Positions 36,803-44,449 of a DNA stretch of 48,799 nt are shown here, one piece after another (the first letter of the stretch is position 1; every line of letters begins with the position of its first letter). Source of the DNA: an uncultured bacterium (GTDB lineage: Bacteria; Hydrogenedentota; Hydrogenedentia; Hydrogenedentales; JAEUWI01); contig CAXBPH010000010.1 in NCBI GenBank assembly GCA_963977445.1, positions 1 to 48,799 of the forward strand. The letters run 5' to 3'. A program made the translations under genes and the position numbers. The notes below the pieces were generated by a model that saw nothing but the letters and a program-made list of their open reading frames with translations, did no database searches and was not told the DNA's origin.

Positions 36803-38386
36803 TTATCCCCGGCCCCGACGGAACAGCTTTCTCAGAAGTGTCACATCTTCAACGCGAAGTACCAAGCAGCAGATGCCATAGACAACACCCGATACGCCCA
36901 GTAGAACGAAAACTTCAATGGCCTCCGCGATGACCCCCTGCGACACCCAAGACCCAGGATACCAATGGTGATTCTGTGACAACACCACCCCCATGATGCC
37001 TGCGGCGAGGCACAACTTTGCCAGGCCCAGCAAGTAACGCGACGAAACCAGCGCGCCATATCGGCGACACAACAGGACGTAAAGACCTAGAAAATTCGCG
37101 GTATAGGAAAGAGTTGTAGCGAGGGCGAGCCCTTGGAATCCCATGGGGCCTACGAGTGTCATGTTCAGCACGATATTCAGCACCATACTCAAGGTCGCCA
37201 TAATCACCGGCGAACGGGTATCCTGAACGGCAAAAAAACCCTGTACGCTGACCTTGACCCAGGTAAAGGAGAGCAATCCCAGACCATAGTAAAAGAGCGC
37301 CTGGGCCACGTCGTGCCCGTGAGCCAAGGTGAACTTGCCGCCTTCGTGGACGAAGAGCAGATTGATAATGTCTTCTCCGGCCACCAGCAGAACAACCAGG
37401 GCGGGCAACACAAGAAAGGCGGACTGTCGGAAGGCATGCAACAGGGTCTGGCGAATTTCTCCGTCGTCATTGCGCGCACCCGCAGCGGAGATGGTCGGCA
37501 AAATGGCCACGGCCACGGCGATTCCGAAAACCGACAGCGGGAGCTGCACGAGTCGGTTGGCGAAATAGAGGGTCGACACCGCTTCCAGTTTGATGGCAAA
37601 AAAGCCATCCACGAGCTTGTTCACCTCACCCGTTGATTGACCGACAATTATCGGAACGAGCAGCAAGAAGGCTTGCCGGACCCCCGGATGCCCCAATTCC
37701 CAAGAGGGCAGTAATACACCAGCATGGCGCTTCATGGCCAGGAACAAGATCACCAACTGTCCGATACCGCCCAGCCATACGCCGGTAACCAGCGCCCAAA
37801 CGGGGTCAGGAAAGTAGTCGACCAAAACCAGACACGAGAAGATTAGGGCAACGTTGAGAACAAGGGGTGACCACGACGGCGGGCCGTAGCACTTCATGAC
37901 AAACAAGGGCCCCATGGCAAAGACAGCCGTACCGATGAGAAAGAGGTAGGGCATAATCCATCGCAAGACGTCCATGGTTTGCTGCAGGGTGTCTTGCGGC
38001 ACGGGTTCCGAGTTGGTGAAGGGCTGCAGCAGAGAGAGTGCGAAGGGCAAGAGAGGAACGAGTAGGATACCGACAACGGTCAATACCAGGAACAGCACAA
38101 TGACGGCAGATAGACAGGCCCGGACCAGACGGCGAAAGCCCTCTTCCCCGTCTTCTTCCAAACTGCGTGTAAATAGCGGCACATAGGCCGCGTTAACCGC
38201 CCCTTCGCCGAGCATATCCCGAAGCATGTTGGGAATGCGGAAGGCAAAAAAGAAAATCTCCCGGGACGCAAATGGAATTTTGTCCGCCAGGATGATGTCC
38301 CGGACCAGGCCCAGAATGCGGCTGAGCATGGTGCCGCCCGCGAATACGGCAGCAAAGCGAGTCAGTTGACTGCGGGGAGCCGTCAT
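36803..38386 (-). CDS. murJ: Lipid II flippase MurJ (MviN)
   Basis: TMLSRILGLVRD, AFRIPNMLR..GEGA, ANRLVQLP and DTRSP; ATGA overlap with lnt. Confidence 0.93.
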   Translation of the reverse strand: MTAPRSQLTRFAAVFAGGTMLSRILGLVRDIILADKIPFASREIFFFAFRIPNMLRDMLGEGAVNAAYVPLFTRSLEEDGEEGFRRLVRACLSAVIVLFLVLTVVGILLVPLLPFALSLLQPFTNSEPVPQDTLQQTMDVLRWIMPYLFLIGTAVFAMGPLFVMKCYGPPSWSPLVLNVALIFSCLVLVDYFPDPVWALVTGVWLGGIGQLVILFLAMKRHAGVLLPSWELGHPGVRQAFLLLVPIIVGQSTGEVNKLVDGFFAIKLEAVSTLYFANRLVQLPLSVFGIAVAVAILPTISAAGARNDDGEIRQTLLHAFRQSAFLVLPALVVLLVAGEDIINLLFVHEGGKFTLAHGHDVAQALFYYGLGLLSFTWVKVSVQGFFAVQDTRSPVIMATLSMVLNIVLNMTLVGPMGFQGLALATTLSYTANFLGLYVLLCRRYGALVSSRYLLGLAKLCLAAGIMGVVLSQNHHWYPGSWVSQGVIAEAIEVFVLLGVSGVVYGICCLVLRVEDVTLLRKLFRRGRG

Positions 38387-40047
38387 GAGGTGGTCACTTG
38401 TGCGAACTTGGCCTGCGGCACCACGAGCCATAGCGCTACGACCACACCGAGGAGCGTCATGATTCGGCCAAACCATGGGACCGAACCCGGCAAGGGCAAG
38501 CTGGCCGCTTCTGGCACGGGAATGGCCGCCGCGCGCCGCGTCACCATGGCCCGTTGACGGTCGGTGGTGCCGCCCTTCAGTTTTACATAGCGGTCATTCG
38601 GCAAGACGGCTCCGTCGATAATCGAAATACGCCCCCAAGGGTCTATCACGCCGGAGATACCGGTATTGGCACACTGGACGAGAGGCAAACGGTTTTCTAT
38701 GGCCCGAAAACGGGCGATCTCAAATTTCTGTGGTAACACGTTGCTACGGCCAAACCAGCCCAGATTTGTCACCACCACCAGAAAATCGGCACCCATTCGA
38801 CGACGCTCATCGGCGAGAGGAGAAAACAACACTTCAAAACATATCAGGGGGCCGAACTTACGGTCCCCTACGGAAAAAACCTGTCCCGTGTCGCCCGCCG
38901 TGGTGCCACCACCCGCGCCCATACTCGCCGCAAAGGACAACCACGATTCAAAGGGTATGTATTCTCCAAACGGGGCGAGTTTTACTTTGTCGTAGACCCC
39001 GATTTCTTCTCCGGGCGTCAAGAGCACGCTGGAGTTGTATCCATCGCCGGTCAGGTCATCGCGACGCCCGGTCCCCGTAAACAGGGGAACGTCTGTATCC
39101 TCCACGAACTGCTCCATGGCCGCCAGAAATCGGGGCGTGCGGTAGTCGCTCATGATAAGACCCTCGGGCCACACGAAGAGGTCGACAGGCGCATTTTTCA
39201 AGACCACCGTGGACTGATGGATCGCTTTTTCCAGCATGATATCGGAAAATTCGGGATCCCACTTCATCTCCTGGGGATAGTTGCTCTGGTAGAGGCCCAC
39301 GTTAAAGGGCGCACCTTCCTGCACAACGGGACTGCCATAGAGGAGGTAGCCCAGACCATGGGCCCCCGCAACCACGAGCAGGGCGGCACCCAACAGTTTC
39401 CAACGGAGGCGTTGCTCCGTCCACGCCTGGGCGATGAACGCACTGCAGCCGACGAGAATGCCCGAAAGAAGTATGACGCCCCCCAGGGCCGCCCATTGGG
39501 AGAACCAGGCGTCGGGCCCCTGGCTGTAGCCGAGGGATGTCCAACCGAATCCGGTAAAGAGACGCGCCTGAAGCCATTCCATGGCGACCCAGCACAGCGC
39601 AAAGACCAATGCCCGTGCCCACACCGGCACCCGCCCTTGAATGCGAACCCAGAGAACGCCCAGCACGGCCCAATAGCAGGAAAGGGCGAGACATACACCT
39701 TGTTGCCCGAGAATGGCCCAGCCACCCGCCCAGAACACATTGCCGATGAGCCATTGCAACACGATGCTGTGGAAAACCCAGCCCCCCACAAAGAATCGCG
39801 TCGCGCTTTCCCGAGCGGTGAGGGAGGCCGTGTTGATGAGGAGGGGAACCAAGGCCAGCCAGGCGAGGGGGTACCAGTGAAAATTCGGAAAGGTCCAGGC
39901 CAGGAGAATACCGGAGGACAGGGCCCACATATAGGTCCGAAGACAGGCTAACATTGGCGATGAATACTCCGGTGACTGGGACGACCCTGGATGCGGCATG
40001 GGGCGAGTTTCGCCACGATGTGCCGTGGCCGATTGTGCGAAAACCAT
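38383..40047 (-). CDS. lnt: Apolipoprotein N-acyltransferase
   Basis: Catalytic E-K-C in VWPE, YDKVKLAPFGEYIP and LICFE; RAIEN and ANTGIS. True start may be 39999 or later. Confidence 0.93.
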   Translation of the reverse strand: MVFAQSATAHRGETRPMPHPGSSQSPEYSSPMLACLRTYMWALSSGILLAWTFPNFHWYPLAWLALVPLLINTASLTARESATRFFVGGWVFHSIVLQWLIGNVFWAGGWAILGQQGVCLALSCYWAVLGVLWVRIQGRVPVWARALVFALCWVAMEWLQARLFTGFGWTSLGYSQGPDAWFSQWAALGGVILLSGILVGCSAFIAQAWTEQRLRWKLLGAALLVVAGAHGLGYLLYGSPVVQEGAPFNVGLYQSNYPQEMKWDPEFSDIMLEKAIHQSTVVLKNAPVDLFVWPEGLIMSDYRTPRFLAAMEQFVEDTDVPLFTGTGRRDDLTGDGYNSSVLLTPGEEIGVYDKVKLAPFGEYIPFESWLSFAASMGAGGGTTAGDTGQVFSVGDRKFGPLICFEVLFSPLADERRRMGADFLVVVTNLGWFGRSNVLPQKFEIARFRAIENRLPLVQCANTGISGVIDPWGRISIIDGAVLPNDRYVKLKGGTTDRQRAMVTRRAAAIPVPEAASLPLPGSVPWFGRIMTLLGVVVALWLVVPQAKFAQVTTS

Positions 40048-40123
40048 GGGCCGGATATCAAGTCGCTATTGGAAAATGGACCAGCGGGCGATTTGCGGTC
40101 GAATGATTAGCTGGACCGTAAGC

Positions 40124-41269
40124 TCACTCGAATTCCATGGCTTCCATTTCGGCACCGACACGTTTTTCGTTGGACCAACTGTTGCCCTTCCAGAATTCCA
40201 TGGCACGTTGTCCGTCGGGAGACATGTTTCGGAGGTCGACGACCGTGGGCGTCACAAATATCAGCAAGGTCGTGAGATTGGCTTCGGAGCGACGACTGCG
40301 AAAGGGAAATCCTATGACCGGCAGTTTTCCGATAATCGGGACACGGCGCTCATTCTGGCGCACCAGTCGAGAGGTTAGTCCCCCGGTTACCAGGGTCTGG
40401 CCGCTGGGGACATAAACCACGCCCGTTTGGGAACGGGTGGAAAAGACCGGCAGATCAAGGCCGCGAATATTTTCAATTCGAACGGTATCGGTTACATTCA
40501 GCTTTGTGATATCGAGCTTCACAATGTCATTCGGCTGAATCGTGGGAACGATATCCATGTTTACGCCGATGGGCTCGAAGTCCACACTCAACTGCGGAAC
40601 GCCGGTCTGTTTGTTGTAGGTCACACCCTGAAAAGGTACCTCACCACCCGCATTAATGGTGGCCGCTTTGGTGTTTGTCACCAGAATCTCGGGCCGCGAA
40701 ACCACATCGGTATCCAGCCCTTCTTCCAATCCTCGAAATACCGCATCGATAGTCCCATTGTCCGAATCCACCACCGTTGCCGTGAGCCCAAAGCCCTCAC
40801 GTGTCTGGATAGCGTTGGCCAGATTATTGTCTTCATCGGGACGAGACACATCTCTGGAGTCCGGTACAGGAAGGGTAACGCGGGGATAGTCACCGACCGG
40901 GTCACTCGTGTTGGTGGAAATCTGTTCCAGCGATCCCGATTGTTCCACACCGTTCACAAAACGCTTGTAGTTCAGGTTAACGCCGATATCACGTAGACCC
41001 CGCTCATTGGTCTCTACGATTTGCACCCGAACCTGTACCTGGCGAATATCTTTCAACTCCGGTGGTGGCGGTGGCGCAGCCGGGGCAGCTTCTGCGGGCG
41101 CAGGTGCCTCTGCAGGTGCAGCCTCTGCAGGTGCAGCTTCAGCAGGTGCAGGTGCAGGTGCCGTTTCTGCGGGGGCGGCAGCAGGCGGCTCCTGACTTAC
41201 TCCGTTCAAACAACAAAGCAGCGCGATCATCAAAGTGGACAGTATGGGGCGATATGGACGCGTAATCAT
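40124..41269 (-). CDS. Secretin-family protein with the C-domain only, after a Pro/Ala linker
   Basis: Signal peptide, PA-rich linker, then QVQVRVQIVE, SRPEILV, AGGEVP, IGVNMDIVPTI, GQTLVTGGL, VPIIGKLPVIGFPF and LIFVTPTVV. Confidence 0.85.
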   Translation of the reverse strand: MITRPYRPILSTLMIALLCCLNGVSQEPPAAAPAETAPAPAPAEAAPAEAAPAEAPAPAEAAPAAPPPPPELKDIRQVQVRVQIVETNERGLRDIGVNLNYKRFVNGVEQSGSLEQISTNTSDPVGDYPRVTLPVPDSRDVSRPDEDNNLANAIQTREGFGLTATVVDSDNGTIDAVFRGLEEGLDTDVVSRPEILVTNTKAATINAGGEVPFQGVTYNKQTGVPQLSVDFEPIGVNMDIVPTIQPNDIVKLDITKLNVTDTVRIENIRGLDLPVFSTRSQTGVVYVPSGQTLVTGGLTSRLVRQNERRVPIIGKLPVIGFPFRSRRSEANLTTLLIFVTPTVVDLRNMSPDGQRAMEFWKGNSWSNEKRVGAEMEAMEFE

Positions 41270-42390
41270 TCTTCTGCCCCCAGGTCGGTTGTGATACCAT
41301 CGTCGAGATCCGTGCCTATCACGCCTTCTCCGAGTTCTCTCGGAATGTTTCCAAGGGTGTTTAACACGTCCGTAACGACGCCGGCCGGATTACTGAGCAT
41401 ACTGCCCTCTTCCTTCGCCGTAATCCCTTCATTATAGATGAGTGTAGGCACATCGGCTTTAATGAGGAAGATAAGTTCGCGGCGTCCGTGGGAAAGCTTA
41501 CTGTTACCAATACTACTGCTCAAGGGCACCGGTTGTACGCCAAAGGGCAAGACCCGCTGAATCAGACCATTCATGAAGCGATCGCTCTGGGTCAACCAAG
41601 GCAACGTCGAGAGGTCTTTGTTCTCCGTATTGCGATAGAGCCCGCCCAACATGAGCACCTGACCATGACGTACCCAGACATCGGTTGTAATGACGCGGGT
41701 AATAAATTCAGGTACCTGAATTGCGTTGGTGGAGGATTCAAATACGCCCCCTGTGCCGGCCAGCAGATGGTCGAGGGCAACGGTGATACGTTGTCCTTCC
41801 TCGGCAACCGATGCCGTCAACTGGAGATTAATATACGTATCCTCTTTCGTCTCCGGGTTTCCATCGTCATCGATTATCTCGGGAGCAAGAATACTTAGCG
41901 TTACACCTGTATCCCGAAAGTTCGTTATCTGTATGGCCGTCGAACCGACCACAACCGTATCCTCATAGGGTATCTGCTGGGTCGTCTGGACAACGGTGGG
42001 CTTAGCATCTGCCGCCGCGCCTACCGGCACCAGTGCCGTCGGTTGGGACAAGATAAATGCCCGCCCCTGATCGACCAATCCCTGAAGGACCACTTCAATA
42101 TCGCCATACTTGGTCACCAGCCGGTCGAGAAAAACCGTAATACCGGCGTTGGTACTGCCAGGGAAGGTAATGTCGGAGGCGCTGATGCTGCCCACCGGCG
42201 AAGCGGCACGGCCATAGGGCTGGGGCACAAGTTTCTGCTGAAAATAGGCACTGAGGCCCGTTTCGATATCTTTATTGGTCTGGAATTCGATGACCTTCAC
42301 CGACACCTGCACCTGCTGCAGATCTTGCGCCCAGGTAGCACGGCAGCCGAAAAATACCAGTAGCACCGTTGTCAGTCGTAAAACTCGCAT
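41266..42390 (-). CDS. Divergent secretin-family protein with the C-domain only
   Basis: Signal peptide directly followed by QVQVSVKVIE; ILSQPTALV, DTGVTLSI, GQVLMLGGL and ELIFLI. Start MRVLRL after TAAGGAAG. Confidence 0.8.
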   Translation of the reverse strand: MRVLRLTTVLLVFFGCRATWAQDLQQVQVSVKVIEFQTNKDIETGLSAYFQQKLVPQPYGRAASPVGSISASDITFPGSTNAGITVFLDRLVTKYGDIEVVLQGLVDQGRAFILSQPTALVPVGAAADAKPTVVQTTQQIPYEDTVVVGSTAIQITNFRDTGVTLSILAPEIIDDDGNPETKEDTYINLQLTASVAEEGQRITVALDHLLAGTGGVFESSTNAIQVPEFITRVITTDVWVRHGQVLMLGGLYRNTENKDLSTLPWLTQSDRFMNGLIQRVLPFGVQPVPLSSSIGNSKLSHGRRELIFLIKADVPTLIYNEGITAKEEGSMLSNPAGVVTDVLNTLGNIPRELGEGVIGTDLDDGITTDLGAEE

Positions 42391-42397
42391 GGCTTCC

Positions 42398-43414
42398 TTA
42401 CCGCTGGTAGGTTCCAACACATTCGTAGCGCCGAACGTTTTCAATGTTGTCGAAGTTTGAAAAGCGCACGCTGAATGCCCGGGTCTCTCCAGGTCGCAGT
42501 GAACCAAGTTGGACGGTTTGCACGTCGTATACCTGGCCACCGAAATTAAAAATTGTTATGGTTACGCGCACATCCTGCAGGGGTGTGGCACCACGATTTA
42601 CGGCCTGTCCGGAAACGTTGTAGTACACATTGGTGTAATCCACCTGGAGTGGCCGATAGCGACCGCTTTTCCAGGTCGCTGTGTTGAATATGGATAGAGG
42701 CTCCGCCTCTTTATAGCGGCGATTTATCTCGTCCGGGGTGAGCACTATCCAAGCCCCATCAGGACCGAGCTCCATCCGACGTCGAATTATGACATCATTC
42801 TTCAGCGAAGGCCATTCCGTAAACACCTTGGTGTAGACGGCACCGGCCCGCTCGTATTCACTATTATTCCAGTAACGCTCTGCAAGTTCCAAACTCTCGG
42901 CTAATGCTTCCGGTTCATCCACGCCATCATAGGTGGCGACCCGTGCTTCCAGCGCTTCTCTGTCGGCATCTCGTTTAAGCGATGCCTGGGCTATACCCTC
43001 CACATATTCACGGCTGAGGGCGGCATATTTACCTTCAGGACGCAAGGCAAGGTACTTGGAAAAGTATTTTTCCGCGTTATACATGCCGTCAATCTTGTAG
43101 TAGGTCAGACCGAGGAAATACAGGGCGTCTGTGGCAGCGTCGCTGTTGGGGTAGCGCGATAAGAGGGAGGTGAGTCGCGGAATCGCCATGGAATGCTCGC
43201 CCGCACGGATCATGACCATGGCATCATCCAAGGCTTGCCGGGCGGCCGCATGGGTAACCGTGGCGCTATTGGTCGTCAGTGGACCCCGCGAGTCGGCGAT
43301 GAGTTGCACGTCGGAGGACGTCTTGCATCCCGCCATCAGGAATAGGGCGACGATACACAACAGCCCGGAACAGTGAGCCCGATTCCCCCGGAAAATGATA
43401 GATACAGACAGCAT
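42398..43414 (-). CDS. TPR lipoprotein (BamD/CpoB-like repeats) with C-terminal FxLYD-like domain
   Basis: Lipobox LMAG-C; TPR RYPNSDAATDALYFLGLTYY; C-terminal VSGQAVN...LRPGETRAF. Confidence 0.8.
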   Translation of the reverse strand: MLSVSIIFRGNRAHCSGLLCIVALFLMAGCKTSSDVQLIADSRGPLTTNSATVTHAAARQALDDAMVMIRAGEHSMAIPRLTSLLSRYPNSDAATDALYFLGLTYYKIDGMYNAEKYFSKYLALRPEGKYAALSREYVEGIAQASLKRDADREALEARVATYDGVDEPEALAESLELAERYWNNSEYERAGAVYTKVFTEWPSLKNDVIIRRRMELGPDGAWIVLTPDEINRRYKEAEPLSIFNTATWKSGRYRPLQVDYTNVYYNVSGQAVNRGATPLQDVRVTITIFNFGGQVYDVQTVQLGSLRPGETRAFSVRFSNFDNIENVRRYECVGTYQR

Positions 43415-43439
43415 GTCGTCTCGGTATGGGGTGCTGGTT

Positions 43440-43838
43440 TTACTTGAGTTTCTCAAGAACCAGTTCAGTAACATCATCGGCCTCAATGGCGGGCTCCATG
43501 GTATCCAGATACCCGTCCGCCACGATAAGGTCATGAGATGTTTCCTCACCAACTTCCTTGATCAATCGTTGAGCGCGGTCACTGGCTTTGCTGATCAAGA
43601 TCCAATACTTGGCCGAACCACTTACAATTTTCTTCTTCTTGATGGAAGAATATTCGGGGGTCGCTTTCACAACCTTCTGATAGTTCACCCGTGCGGGTGC
43701 CTCAAAGGCCTCGGCGTTGCCATAGAATATCTTTTGTGCATCTACTTTGTCGGTCGGGATCGTATGGGCGGACGCCGCCATCATACCGCCAACGGCGAGT
43801 ATCATCGCAACCAATAGACTATATGGACGAAGTTCCAT
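43440..43838 (-). CDS. Short Skp/OmpH-like periplasmic protein
   Basis: Signal peptide; VNYQKVV..TPEY and IKEVGEE..HDLIV...DVTELVLEKLK resemble the Skp core. Confidence 0.6.
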   Translation of the reverse strand: MELRPYSLLVAMILAVGGMMAASAHTIPTDKVDAQKIFYGNAEAFEAPARVNYQKVVKATPEYSSIKKKKIVSGSAKYWILISKASDRAQRLIKEVGEETSHDLIVADGYLDTMEPAIEADDVTELVLEKLK

Positions 43839-43906
43839 TTTGGAACCCCTTCTACCCCGCAGGGCGCTTCTTCCTTCGTGGAAGCTGTACACTCCTAAGC
43901 ATACTA

Positions 43907-43936
43907 ATACTAAGCCTCGCTTGGGCATATTGTCAA
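43907..43936 (-). promoter_or_regulatory. Candidate sigma70 promoter of the envelope operon
   Basis: Minus strand TTGACA-N18-TAGTAT. Confidence 0.55.
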
Positions 43937-44172
43937 CTAATTACCAACCTGAAACATCCGAGGAAACGGACGTTGTCGGCACGCCCAAACGTCGACGCTT
44001 CAACTACTTACATTCGTACTATGCCCAAGGTGTTCAAAAAGTTCCATAAAATCACGGTTTTTTTGAACGTTGGACAATTTAAACCCGGAAAAGATTCGTA
44101 CACCTCACCCAACCAACCTTACCATCAAAACCCCAACCTGTGACAAGAAGTTTTCGCGGAAACCCCTTTTTT

Positions 44173-44348
44173 GCCGCCCTCGGCACCATCGGACAGCCCA
44201 ATACCGGGGTCGTGAGGCTGTCGAAGAGGCACGTATTCTCACCCCCTCACCCCACGAAGTAGGGGCAAGAAGGATAACCCGGGTCCGCGGTCATGGCTTA
44301 CGACGGTCCTGCAGGGACGTGTCGGACGTCATCGAACCGAGAGGCAGC
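44173..44348 (-). ncRNA. Candidate rod-like structured RNA of about 176 nt (6S-like size; identity unproven)
   Basis: The ends pair (GCTGCCtCTCGG/CCGAGGGCGGC) and enclose nested short helices and an apical stem; G-U pairs favour the minus strand. Confidence 0.35.
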
Positions 44349-44360
44349 ACCGTTCTCTCT

Positions 44361-44390
44361 TTGCATCAATCTCGCATTGCCGGGTACTAT
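44361..44390 (+). promoter_or_regulatory. Candidate sigma70 promoter of the GH42-like gene
   Basis: TTGCAT-N18-TACTAT. Confidence 0.5.
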
Positions 44391-44449
44391 AGACCCCTAT
44401 GATCGCACCGAATGCGAGCCCCTGGATGGCTCGGAAGGACCCCAACATT

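Noticed and set aside
41070..41180. GCAGGT-rich repeats as a DNA element
   Set aside because: Explained by the PAEAA/PA protein linker of the secretin.
42398..43552. Long N-terminal extensions in the ORF track (also 42540, 43928, 38476, 18137, 14665, 24300)
   Set aside because: They overlap upstream genes or intergenic DNA; downstream ATGs give signal peptides, RBSs or translational coupling.
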